59,113 nt of DNA, filler included, from Globobulimina sp. (GCA_003354225.1; 9 parts of 9 records of this genome joined end to end with filler, not necessarily neighbours in it), one strand, 5' to 3'; shown: positions 20,145 through 30,506, numbered from the whole stretch's first letter. Notes: a model not told the origin generated them from the letters alone. Numbers and translations: made by a program.

Positions 20145-21545
20145 ATGACAACTCGAACACAGCAGAGCCAGTCCAAGTTGCGATCGAATACGAAGAAGAA
20201 ACGAGACAAACCCGGCTTGTCGAATAATGAGACGGCGATATTTGACGTGGTACGGGATTTGTGTATTGATCCATATTATGTTGATGAGCGATGGGATTTG
20301 AAGGATGATTATTTAGGGTATCCCGAGGATGTCGCGATGCCCTCTGAGATTGCCGAGCTTTGCGTTGCCGGTAATACCAAGACAAAGAAGCGATCACAGC
20401 GTCGCTTATCAGTAACAATGCCGGGCGATCTTGATTTCCCGGTGAATCAGAAATGCCTTAGTTGCAAAGGCAATACGTTCAGAAAGATGGGTGGGGGCAT
20501 CGCGGGGAAGTTGCGTGCGATTCCTGCATTTTATGAATGCGATGCTCGTGGCATTCTTGACGCCCATGCTGATCATACGTGGTGTCCGCATTGTATCCGC
20601 GGAATGAGTACAGTCAGTCCTTGGACCGACGCCGAATACTATTTCCCTGCGTTATATTCCAGGATTGCTGATGAGAAAGAAGCGATGGACACCCACGGTG
20701 CCAGGATGGAGCCCATGAACGTTGATACAAAGGTTGTTACCGGAGGCAAACCGGAAACGACCGACAACGATTCGCGAGAGAAGCAAACCAGTACCAAACC
20801 AATAGCAATCCGAACCAAGAATGATAATCACAACCATAAGACAGAGATGGACGGTGATGCGGATGATGAGACCGATGATGATAATGACTTGGCTATGTTG
20901 GAATCGTCCGGCTTATTTGAGGTGACACCATTGCAACCAACGCCATTTGATGATATTGTTGAGGATGCCTTGCATTATATAAATACAACAGCGTTGGATG
21001 TGGTTGATATGGCCGTGGTTAAGAAGAAAGTTAAGTGTGCTATCAAGCAGTTCAAAGTTGAGACGCCTGGGAAGTATGACGAGGCAGTATTTGAGCGTCG
21101 CTCTGGGGGCATATTGAGCTGTGTCCGAATTTTGAGGGATGAGTTGAATGCCACAGCCAGGAGTGTTGAGAGTCGAAGGAAGGGGGATCGCGGTGCCCGA
21201 GACCGTCAGCGCAGCGCCGCCACCATGCAATCTAATGAGAAGAATAGGAAGAAGGCACGAAGTCGTTCCCGAAGCCGGAAACGCTCCGTGACCGATGACG
21301 CAGAGCCTCTCGCTATGCGTATTCCGAAACGTGACGTGCAGCCCGTTCGCAAGCCCGATAAGAGAGCCGCCAAAACCAAGACTACCACGACACGACGCAA
21401 ACGAACAGGTACACCGAGTACGCCATCGAAGGCAGCGGACCATGATAAAGTATGTTTGTATGAAATCTTGCCCCGTTGCTCTTGCTTGCGTCAGAAACGT
21501 CAAACTGTTTCAGTTTTGCGTTTCTCACTGGTGTTAGGTGTGTGA
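20145..21545 (+). CDS. ORF1 of element 2 (Cys/His cluster, acidic and RS/K-rich segments); probable donor at 21450
   Basis: First in-frame ATG at 20145; KCLSCKG...FYECDA..HADHTWCPHC; GATAAA|GTATGT donor, after which the frame reads like intron sequence. Confidence 0.7.
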   Translation: MTTRTQQSQSKLRSNTKKKRDKPGLSNNETAIFDVVRDLCIDPYYVDERWDLKDDYLGYPEDVAMPSEIAELCVAGNTKTKKRSQRRLSVTMPGDLDFPVNQKCLSCKGNTFRKMGGGIAGKLRAIPAFYECDARGILDAHADHTWCPHCIRGMSTVSPWTDAEYYFPALYSRIADEKEAMDTHGARMEPMNVDTKVVTGGKPETTDNDSREKQTSTKPIAIRTKNDNHNHKTEMDGDADDETDDDNDLAMLESSGLFEVTPLQPTPFDDIVEDALHYINTTALDVVDMAVVKKKVKCAIKQFKVETPGKYDEAVFERRSGGILSCVRILRDELNATARSVESRRKGDRGARDRQRSAATMQSNEKNRKKARSRSRSRKRSVTDDAEPLAMRIPKRDVQPVRKPDKRAAKTKTTTTRRKRTGTPSTPSKAADHDKVCLYEILPRCSCLRQKRQTVSVLRFSLVLGV

Positions 21546-21738
21546 GTTTGTTGCACACTTTGGATACAAAGAATACGTCGATTGCATAGTTAGCCGATAA
21601 GATTTCGGAGCAATCAGTGTAACGTGGCATACATTGCATAGTTAGCCGGTTAAGTCTCGGGGCAATGTGCGCGAAGTGTTGGTATTGCACCAACTGTGTT
21701 AATAATGGTTACTTTCTCTCTTTGTCTGTAATGATTAG

Positions 21739-22722
21739 GTAATGCGAGGAATGATGCATGGCGATGACCGCAAACAACGTCGCAAGAAACAAACATCCGC
21801 GGCAACAGTGACTGCCGCCATTCCGGAGATAATACCGAGACCGACTGCAGTGCCATCGGACAGCGGTGACGAATCCAGCGACGCTTCTGACTCCTCCGGA
21901 TCCTCTGAGGATGACAGCGATGATCATGACACCGACACTGTCGCACAAAAAGGATGCCTGGAAACTGCGAGAGATGACACCGTTCGGAGAGAATCCAAGA
22001 AGTTGCTGAAAAAGCACAATAGAGCGAATAAGTTCAGAGTGTCACAGCAAATATTCAGGAAATGGGCGAAGGAGCCACCGCATCAATTTGGTTTGAAAAA
22101 GGCAGTCGTTGAGACTGCGAATGATAATGTTGCATTTAACGAGATTTTGGCGAAGATGCCCGACATTAATATGTCCAGTGAAGTCATTTTGGCTTTACTG
22201 AATAAATTGGTCAAGATAAAAATAAAGGAATTCAAAACAAATGAAGAGAAGCTTCAATTATTGACTGATTTGGTGAATTTGAACGATCATTTATTTCATT
22301 TATTTTATCATGATACAAAGGATGAGTTAGCACCAACGATATTGGCTTATTTGGATAGTGAGGAGTTTGAAATAGAAACATTTTATACGGATATTATGAA
22401 GGAAGTTACAGCATTGCATATACAAAAAAGGGAAAGTCAGCATTGGTTCTTGGATAATTTACCCAAATTGACGTTTAAAAAGACATTGTGTTCATATGCC
22501 ACATCCAAGAAAGATGGCTGTACTTTGAAGAGCTGTACAGATAATAAAATGAAGTTGCATGTACGGCTATGGCCGTTTGTATATCAAAGACCTCGGACCC
22601 ATAATAATAATTATAACAATAGAGGCGAGCAGTCCGTTAATAATTTTAGGAATCGACGAGGCGGTTTCCGTGGAGGTTTCCGTGGAGGTTTCCGTCGAGG
22701 AAGAGGCAGAGGTAGATATTGA
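21739..22722 (+). CDS. Gag-like ORF2 with a C-C-C-H cluster and C-terminal RGG repeats
   Basis: Frame opens right after an in-frame TAG (21736-38) preceded by a pyrimidine tract; LCSYATSKKDGCTLKSCTDNKMKLH; RGGFRGGFRGGFRRGRGRGRY. Confidence 0.72.
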   Translation, partial: VMRGMMHGDDRKQRRKKQTSAATVTAAIPEIIPRPTAVPSDSGDESSDASDSSGSSEDDSDDHDTDTVAQKGCLETARDDTVRRESKKLLKKHNRANKFRVSQQIFRKWAKEPPHQFGLKKAVVETANDNVAFNEILAKMPDINMSSEVILALLNKLVKIKIKEFKTNEEKLQLLTDLVNLNDHLFHLFYHDTKDELAPTILAYLDSEEFEIETFYTDIMKEVTALHIQKRESQHWFLDNLPKLTFKKTLCSYATSKKDGCTLKSCTDNKMKLHVRLWPFVYQRPRTHNNNYNNRGEQSVNNFRNRRGGFRGGFRGGFRRGRGRGRY

Positions 22723-22946
22723 TGAAATAACTTCAATAAAAATTGTGTTGAGCATTGCTCAGTTTATTCTTTCTGTCGTTGTTGGGTTTTTCATGCGTTC
22801 TATTTAATACTTTATAGTTCTTTTGTTTGTTGATTGGACACACAACTCGCACACATCTATTTATAGATAAACACATGACATTTCGTTCTAAAATGTCATG
22901 TTTTGCAGCTGCATTTACTCATAATCGGTTATGCTTTGTTTCTTAG

Positions 22947-24803
22947 GTCGCCGAGCAGGAACGTTTAAAAAATGAGTGGTTGTTGAAGTTACGACGGCTA
23001 AAACAAAAAACCGAGATACACCGAAAGTATTATGACACCAAAAAGTGGCGGGCGAATGCCACTAATCATTGTTCCAAAATTGAACTTGAGAAATTGTTAA
23101 TCTCACTAGAAGTTGGGGTTGATTTAGGTTTTGATATGATACATCCGCCTGAACCACGCCATTTAGTCCGTAATCCGCCAGCTGACCCCCTAACTAGTGT
23201 TGGTTTGTCTGAAACAGTTTTTAAATGGTATAGCCGCGGCCAGATTTTGGGTCCGTTTACAAAAGCGGAAGCGCAGAAATTAGGGGTCACTGTTAGCCCC
23301 ATACACGGGGTACCAAAACCAGATGGTTCTGTAAGGCCGGTGATAAATCACTCGTTCCCGAAGAAACGCTTTCATACATCTGTGAATGGGAACATTGATG
23401 ACGAATTTTGCACAGTGCAATATGTTAATTTGCGGTCAATCATCGCAACTGTACAAGGTGAAGGAAAAGGTGCTTGGGTTTGGACCCGTGATTTGGAGGA
23501 CGGATATTTTAATTGCATTCCTCAGAATAACCAAATGAAGTTTCTTGCGTTTTCTTGGGCAGGAATGGTATGGATCCCTACTGTGATGACGTTCGGCTTA
23601 AGTTCCGCCCCTCAAATTTTCACCAATTTCATGAAAACTCCCTTGAAAGCAATCCGTATGATGAATCCAGATATTTCCTATCGTCCCATACAGCCAAATC
23701 TTGATCCAAAGTTGTTTGACATTCTCTTGAAAAATGAACCAGATAAAATGTGTGATAGTGTCTCCGCATTTTATCCATTAATTCGTAGCTATGTGGATGA
23801 CATCATTGGTGTCCATAAGAGCCCATCCATCGCAGCGCAACAATTTGCGAACGCCGGCACCAAGTTAAATACATTGAATTTATCACCAAAGTTGAAAAAG
23901 GATCAATGTCCAGGGCAGGCTTCTATTGTTTTAGGTGCTTTGTTGGATACAATAAAGCAAAAAGTATTCCTCCCTGAGGAGAAACGGAAACGTTATATCG
24001 ATGACATCAATGAGGTGATTTCAATGAAACGGATCCATAAATCCCGTTTGTTTACAATCATCGGCCGTGCACGGCATAGTGCACAATTCTTGAGGCCATT
24101 ATCCATATTAGCACGCAATTTGGATGCCTTTGTGTATGCCAGTCCACCCACCAAACAATTTATTGACATGGATAATAACTTACGCGCCGACCTTGATTTC
24201 TTGAAATGGGGCATAGAGCATGCTGCCACAGTTGGATGTTCCTTTGACTATGCAATAAAACCTGCGGATTCAGCAGACATTGAAGGATTTACAGATGCTG
24301 CAAAAGTACATGGCGGTGTGGGTGGTTTCTTAAGCGAAACAGGAGGGAGTTGGTTCCAATGTCATTGGGACAAAATTCAAATGACGAATCCACAGAATCG
24401 CGATATCCAATGGAGAGAAATGGTCGCGGTTTATACTTTATTGAAAGTGAATAAACAACGCTTAAAAGGAAAAGCCATTACGATTTGGTGTGACAATGAG
24501 CCCGTTTGTTGGATGATAAGTAAGTTCAGGGCGACATTATCGAGACCTGACTTACAATGCGTACTTCGAGAAATTGGACGGTTTTTGATTGAGAATGAAA
24601 CTCATCTATGGATGGAACACATTGAAGGTGTCACTAATGTCACAGCGGATAATTTGTCTCGTTTTAAAGAAGATCCGCTCAAAGAATGTACAAAACGTTT
24701 AAAAACAAGACCGACCCGTTGCCATCGCGCGGTACAGCGGATTACCGATTTATGTCAAGATTACGAAATTGAACGACAATATTTAGTTCCTAGAAAGACA
24801 TAA
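22947..24803 (+). CDS. Reverse transcriptase + RNase H (DIRS-type Pol)
   Basis: SPIHGVPKPDGSVRPVINHS, WTRDLEDGYF, MTFGLSSAPQIF, SYVDDIIG; RNase H FTDAAK, DIQWREMVAV, WCDNEP, HIEGVTNVTADNLSR. The frame opens after tttcttAG at 22946. Confidence 0.95.
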   Translation, partial: VAEQERLKNEWLLKLRRLKQKTEIHRKYYDTKKWRANATNHCSKIELEKLLISLEVGVDLGFDMIHPPEPRHLVRNPPADPLTSVGLSETVFKWYSRGQILGPFTKAEAQKLGVTVSPIHGVPKPDGSVRPVINHSFPKKRFHTSVNGNIDDEFCTVQYVNLRSIIATVQGEGKGAWVWTRDLEDGYFNCIPQNNQMKFLAFSWAGMVWIPTVMTFGLSSAPQIFTNFMKTPLKAIRMMNPDISYRPIQPNLDPKLFDILLKNEPDKMCDSVSAFYPLIRSYVDDIIGVHKSPSIAAQQFANAGTKLNTLNLSPKLKKDQCPGQASIVLGALLDTIKQKVFLPEEKRKRYIDDINEVISMKRIHKSRLFTIIGRARHSAQFLRPLSILARNLDAFVYASPPTKQFIDMDNNLRADLDFLKWGIEHAATVGCSFDYAIKPADSADIEGFTDAAKVHGGVGGFLSETGGSWFQCHWDKIQMTNPQNRDIQWREMVAVYTLLKVNKQRLKGKAITIWCDNEPVCWMISKFRATLSRPDLQCVLREIGRFLIENETHLWMEHIEGVTNVTADNLSRFKEDPLKECTKRLKTRPTRCHRAVQRITDLCQDYEIERQYLVPRKT

Positions 24804-24944
24804 CTCTGTTTTTTTGTGATTGTTTTAAATTATTTAAATATAACAACAACACTTAGCAACAACAAACAAAACATATACACACAACTCACTTAAATAAATA
24901 CACATTTGCTATAAATAACTTGCTTGAATAACTTGCATATATAG

Positions 24945-25985
24945 TTCGCCAATGAAGATAATACCGCTTACGCATTAGGCATTGCAGCCGATGCTAAACG
25001 CACTAAGAAACATAATAGCGACTATTTGAGATATTATTTCAAATTTTGTAAGATTAAGGAGATCGAACCCTTGGATTTCACACCAATAACACCTGAGAAA
25101 TTAATGGGTCGATATTTAGGTTGGTTGTATTGGGAGAGAACATTCCAAGATAAAGACATACCGCATGGCGTAGCAAAAGTATGTCTAACCGCTGTCGGCA
25201 AATATTGGAATGACAATGGAATCACTTGGGTCGCTAAACATCATCCAGCAATACGCAGGAAATTGCTTGGCTATAAACGCTGCAGACCCAGCTTGAAACG
25301 ATCCAAACATCCATGGAGTCTCAAACATATGCAGTTTGCATGTGATATTTTACTGCGAACAGAAACCTTGATATCCCTCACTTTGGCTGGTTGCTTGGCC
25401 ACTGGCTATTGGTGGGGATGCCGAGTAGGTGAATATACCTCCAGTCCTGCTTCCGTTGCAATGGATGATATCCCTTTACGTTATAAAAATCTCCAATGGT
25501 TTTATAATAATGATAATGAATTGATATCCGTTGCTATACGGATTGATAAATCCAAATGTAACCAACATAATGATCGATTGGAATTGATGCCTGTTGATTG
25601 TACGTGTAAGCAACATGGCACGTTAACATGTGGTCCACATATCCTTCAACGTCTATGTCTGTTAAAAGCAACATTGAAAGGGAGACCGTTAAAGAGAAAT
25701 GATTTGATTTTTGAAAAAGCAAAAAAGACAGCAATGACACCTGATTGTGTTAATAATCTATTGGATAGCATTGCGTGTAAAATGGGATTGGATGGCACCA
25801 AATATAAAAGTCATTCGTTACGAATCGGCAGAGCGACCGATTTAGCCCGATCCAATACTCCTGATTATAAAATTGCAAAATGGGGACGATGGACTTCAGA
25901 TTGTTGGAAACGAATCTACATTCGTTTGAATTTCACAGACTTAGCGAAATTATCCAATACATCAATTGACAATGTACGTAGATGA
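24945..25985 (+). CDS. Tyrosine recombinase
   Basis: Catalytic residues present: GCRVGEY (R), DKSKCNQ (K), SHSLRIG (HxxR), KWGRWTS (W), RIYIR (Y). The frame opens after atatAG at 24944. Confidence 0.93.
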   Translation, partial: FANEDNTAYALGIAADAKRTKKHNSDYLRYYFKFCKIKEIEPLDFTPITPEKLMGRYLGWLYWERTFQDKDIPHGVAKVCLTAVGKYWNDNGITWVAKHHPAIRRKLLGYKRCRPSLKRSKHPWSLKHMQFACDILLRTETLISLTLAGCLATGYWWGCRVGEYTSSPASVAMDDIPLRYKNLQWFYNNDNELISVAIRIDKSKCNQHNDRLELMPVDCTCKQHGTLTCGPHILQRLCLLKATLKGRPLKRNDLIFEKAKKTAMTPDCVNNLLDSIACKMGLDGTKYKSHSLRIGRATDLARSNTPDYKIAKWGRWTSDCWKRIYIRLNFTDLAKLSNTSIDNVRR

Positions 25986-26110
25986 TAACTGTGCAGTCAG
26001 CACGACTGTCCCATTGCTTGCTAAGTAAACACTTGTTGTTTTTTACATTTATTTTCAAAAACTCGACGACAAAAACACGTTTCTCAAGCGAGATATAGAA
26101 AAGATATAAG

Positions 26111-26274
26111 TATACGTTGGGGTAATCGCCAGATCCTTAGGATCTATTGATTTCGGTGGTCGAAGATTTGACAACCAATTAATTTATTATTTTGTAGAAT
26201 TATGAACAAATAATAAATTATTGATTGATCTCATCTTTGGTTTAGATCCTACTGGCATTACCTGCAAACGTGTA
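26111..26274 (+). other. Long imperfect rod-like hairpin in the 3' terminal region of element 2
   Basis: TATACGTT/AACGTGTA, GGTAAT.GCCAG/CTGGCATTACC, TAGGATCTA/TAGATCCTA, CAACCAAT/ATTGATTG, AATTTATTATTT.GT/ACAAATAATAAATT. Confidence 0.75.
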
Positions 26275-26410
26275 AAAACGTTGACCAACATTTCTTGTAT
26301 CTTTTATTTANNNNNNNNNNNNNNNNNNNNNNNNNNNNNNNNNNNNNNNNNNNNTTAATTAATTAANNNNNNNNNNNNNNNNNNNNNNNNNNNNNNNNNN
26401 NNNNNNNNNN

Positions 26411-28390
26411 TCTTTTGCCGTATGCTAACTTGGATGGAATCCATAATTTTACAATTGAGCCAACTTTAATTCGTGTAACAGCTTGTTCCAATCCTTTTAT
26501 ATTCTGTTTTTTGCCCAATTTGATCACTTCTCTGTGTTTTATAAATTGTTTCCCGTCTGGTAAATGTCCGGTATATTCAATTTCCACTGTCGACGAAGAA
26601 CTTGGTATATCACCAATTCCTTGCCGTATTATTTCAATATCAATCATCGACTTATCTTTTTTTTTATTTGTTGTTTTTTCTAGATCTGCCGGCTGCTTTT
26701 TCTTATATTTATTAATTCCTTTTAATACGTCATTGTTATATGATCGTACAGGTTTTGGTGCAGGTGGTGGTACAAGCGGTTTTTTCTTAGATTTCTTAAT
26801 GTCTTTCAATAAGTCAGCCCTGTTGTTATATGATCGTACCGGTTGTGGTGCAGGTCGCGGTATAGGTGGCCATGGCGGCGGTACTTTTTTCGCTGTCACC
26901 TTTTTTTTCGCTGTGTGTTTGGGTGACGCCTTTTTTTTAGCAAATAATCCACCCAATGCAGCTGCGGCAGCTTTCTGTGAGGGACCAGTCGATACACCAC
27001 CAGCCTTACTGGGTACAGAGGGTGGTACAGATGATACTTTTGATGCACTTTGATGTTGCTGCTGTTGCTGTTGTAACTGCATTTGTGGCTGAATATTTCC
27101 ATAAACATGTTGCTGAACACTCGCAATCGCTTGTTTTTCTGCCTGTTGTTTTTTCTTATATTCATCAATTTGTTTTTCATATTCTTTATATTTCCGCAAG
27201 AATTTACGTGAATGTCCCTTGGAAAAACCCAAATCGTTTCTTAAATCATCCTCTGTTAAGTCCTTCCAATCCACCACATCGTCCCAGCCTTCATCTCGCA
27301 TTTTGGCCGCAAACTGCCCCAAACCCCACTCATTTAATAAAGTTTCATAATTCTTCAATTCCGGATTATCTGCGTCTTTTGCCTCATCCCCATAGCCATT
27401 ATTATTGCCGTCTTTATATATCTCATCACTTCCAATCTTTGGTCGAATATGTTTGGTCGCATAATTATATGCTAAATTTGTGTCATTTTGCTCAAATAAC
27501 CTCGCTTTCTTATACATAGAATGTGAGATTGCTTTGAAATTATAAAAGACTTTGTGATGGAGCTGAACCTCGCAAACAATTTTGCAGTTTGGACAATATA
27601 TATTTATCAACAAATCCCTATAACCAAACGGCATTTGTTTCGGACTAAATCGGTCTTTAACCCGTAGGATACCACCCACTTCTCGGTCGGCTAAGCGTTC
27701 AATAATTACAAAAGTTTGGTATAAGTCGTCAAACGTTTCAAAAACAATGGAACATCGCAACACATCCGTCATTTGCTTAAAACCATCCTTTTGAAAATAT
27801 ACATAATATGCCTGTCAGATTAATGTATATTACACGTATACAAAGAACATGTTTTTAGGGTCGGTATGCGATGAAAAACAAATTAACTTAACTTTATAAA
27901 AGGCTCTTGCCATTTGTTTGGTTTTTGCCTTTGATGAAGCATAGATTGTAATGTTTTGTTGCTTACATTGTTGGGTTATTTTGTTTATAAATTTTTGGAA
28001 ATGGGATAAGTTTGATTGCGCTCTGAATATTAAATCAATGAAGGTATGGACTCCAGCATTTTTTGGTTTTGGTTGCTTGGAATATTTTGTGTCAATATAT
28101 CTGCAGTATTTGTTTCTTGCGTGTTGTTGTCTGGATTGGTACGGCATATATTGTTTATTGAATTTGTTTTCGATTAAGATGATATTATTTAAAAACTTAT
28201 TCAGTCCGGCGATGTCGTCCATGATTGATTTTAATATTTCTGTCTCGTTTTCCAGGGCAGTGTTTTTTGCCTCTTTTAATAGGTTTGGTTTTTCTGATTT
28301 TTGAATGGCTTTATTTACCTCCGGTTCTTTTTTTGACATTAAGTCAAAATAACCATTCATTACACCCATTAATTGTCCGATTCCTGATGC
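26411..28390 (-). CDS. Multidomain protein: RelA/SpoT-like nucleotidyltransferase + SAM + Pro-rich/WH2-like + FKBP (3' truncated; 5' end uncertain; intron 27892-27812)
   Basis: KTKQMARAFYK|AYY...MTDVLRCSIVF, RVKDRF, GYRDLLINI, CEVQLHH; SAM LNEWGLGQFAAKMRDEGWDD..DLTEDDL; RADLLKDIKK; FKBP VEIEYTGHLPDGKQF...GLEQAV...KLWIPSKLAYG. Confidence 0.75.
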
Positions 28391-28720
28391 TATTTTATTT
28401 ATATATATATATAACAACAATTTATGTTTTTATTGTCAATACCTGCTGCTTCACAAACATTGTTTCAACACATTTTTGGATCGATATTATCTTTGTGAAA
28501 CGAGCAGTGTATTGTTGAATGCTAAGGGTCAATAATTAACATTGTAATCTAGTATCCATATTGTATCCGCTGCTATATCCCTCCAATTGGATCTAATATG
28601 CTGCAATGAAGCGACACTGTAATAGTATCGAGAGCAGAGTGACAGGGATTGCGTGCAGAAGATGAAAGGGGAGAAATGTGAAAAGTTTTTTATTTGGTGG
28701 TTAAAGTTTTTAGTGTGATA

Positions 28721-29359
28721 ATGGGAAACTCTTCTCAATCTTTCAAAGAATCCACGACCACTAACCCGAACAGTACAGGGCCTAAAAGAACGAATTATGA
28801 TCATCTATTTAAGTTGTTGTTAATTGGTGATTCCAGCGTTGGTAAAAGTTCATTAGTATTGCGATTCTCTGATGATTCCTTTTTAACAAGTTTTATCACA
28901 ACAATTGGCGTAGATTTTAAAATTAAGACTATAGAAATTGATGGTAAAGTGGTTAAATTACAAATTTGGGACACAGCCGGACAAGAACGCTTTAGAAGTA
29001 TCACAGACGCATATTATAGAGGAGCAATGGGCATAATGTTAGTTTATACAGTTTGTGACGAACAATCATTTTCAAATATACGTAACTGGATATCAAATAT
29101 TCACCAACATGCTGCGGAAAATGTGCAAAAGATATTGGTGGGGCATTGTTGGAATGATGATGGTGATGAATACAGTCAATACACGGAAAATGATCGAGTA
29201 ATTTCATATGAGAGAGGAGAAGAAATGGCAACTGATTATGGAGTTCCATTTTGCGAAGCAAGTGCTAAAACAGGATGTAATGTAAAAGAAGCATTTAAAA
29301 TGTTAGCAGAGAGTGTATATAAACACAGATTATCAAATTACAGCAAAGATGACAAATAA
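28721..29359 (+). CDS. RAB8: Rab8/Sec4-like small GTPase with N-terminal myristoylation motif and divergent G4 box
   Basis: [53 protein letters not shown]; starts MGNSSQS; no C-terminal Cys. Confidence 0.88.
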   Translation: MGNSSQSFKESTTTNPNSTGPKRTNYDHLFKLLLIGDSSVGKSSLVLRFSDDSFLTSFITTIGVDFKIKTIEIDGKVVKLQIWDTAGQERFRSITDAYYRGAMGIMLVYTVCDEQSFSNIRNWISNIHQHAAENVQKILVGHCWNDDGDEYSQYTENDRVISYERGEEMATDYGVPFCEASAKTGCNVKEAFKMLAESVYKHRLSNYSKDDK

Positions 29360-29981
29360 CATAAATGTTGAAAAGAATATTAAGGGAATTGAAGAGAAAA
29401 AAAATGAAGAAAACGAGGTTCGTCTCATTGATCTCAAACAAAACGATCATGAAAATACAGAAAAAAAAGTATTGAAAGGAGCTGAGAAATATTTTTATGA
29501 TTTCTTGAAAGAAGCTCGATTAACGAAATATTTTGATAAATTTAAAGAAAATGATTGTTGTGATCTTAGAGATATTGAATTTATTAATGATGAATTATTG
29601 AATGAAATTGGTATAAATAGAATTGCATTGAAAAAATTTAAAAAACATTCACAAGAAATTCGAAACGAAATGGAAGAATTTAACCAATTGACATCAACAA
29701 TATCACCAATAATAATTAAAAAATTAAAAAATAATTTTGGAATTGTTACAATGAATATATTATGCTCCGAAATTAAGCAAAAATTTAATTTCAAAAAGAA
29801 ATATCAGATTGAGAATGATATGCAATGTGAATTATTATGGGATATTATTCAACGACATATAAATCCACAGAACAATCAACAAGAAAATGAACACAATGTC
29901 AATGATGATGATAATGAATATCAGGAAGAAGGTGTTATTGGCAACGATAATTATAATAATACAGTAACTCCGTATATGTAA
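29313..29981 (+). CDS. SAM-domain ORF overlapping the Rab 3' end (possible frameshifted continuation)
   Basis: [41 protein letters not shown] is SAM-like; overlaps the Rab ORF by 47 nt in another frame. Confidence 0.6.
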   Translation: MYINTDYQITAKMTNNINVEKNIKGIEEKKNEENEVRLIDLKQNDHENTEKKVLKGAEKYFYDFLKEARLTKYFDKFKENDCCDLRDIEFINDELLNEIGINRIALKKFKKHSQEIRNEMEEFNQLTSTISPIIIKKLKNNFGIVTMNILCSEIKQKFNFKKKYQIENDMQCELLWDIIQRHINPQNNQQENEHNVNDDDNEYQEEGVIGNDNYNNTVTPYM

Positions 29982-30506
29982 AACTTGTCGCAAAGAACAT
30001 CTCTTCCCCTCACAATGCGCGATTGCGATTACGATATTCTTACGTTTAATTACTCTCTGCTAGTTTTTTTGGTCGTCACTGATAAAATATCAATTTGATA
30101 GTATGAATGAATAACTAATTCCTATCACTTCTTATGATCTAAGCATTGCCTTTTGAATATGAATTCAATTCATGTGGTTTGCATTTTGGCGTTAGGCAAC
30201 TCCGAAGAACAGCGGTAATTAAAAATTACACGTACTGAAAAATCACAAGAGATATAATAATTTTTTGGACGTGTATTAAATGGTCATGAACTTGTGGCAC
30301 TGATAAAATATGATATGTCATTCTGAATTGGATGGTATGAATCAAATTTGACAATTGTAAATATCATTATTACTGAATAATGACATGGTGAATGTCCTTA
30401 ACAACACAGCTGCTGTTGTCTGAATATTCCGCATTTTCGGCCTTGTAAACAACTTATTTCATCATCACTTAAATTCGTATCTAAAAGATTTATTTCGGTT
30501 AAAATC

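Larger units (their letters stand above)
19823..26310 (+). mobile_element. Tyrosine-recombinase (DIRS/Ngaro-like) retrotransposon, element 2, coding region apparently intact
   Basis: ORF1, Gag-like ORF, RT-RNase H and a complete YR, all on the plus strand; more GC-rich than most host contigs; structured termini. Confidence 0.93.

Noticed and set aside
22947-25985. Prophage integrase or bacterial retron/DGR-type RT + integrase system
   Set aside because: The RT is followed by a DIRS-type RNase H and the YR has the HSLRIG/GRW.S signature of YR retrotransposons; no phage genes are present.
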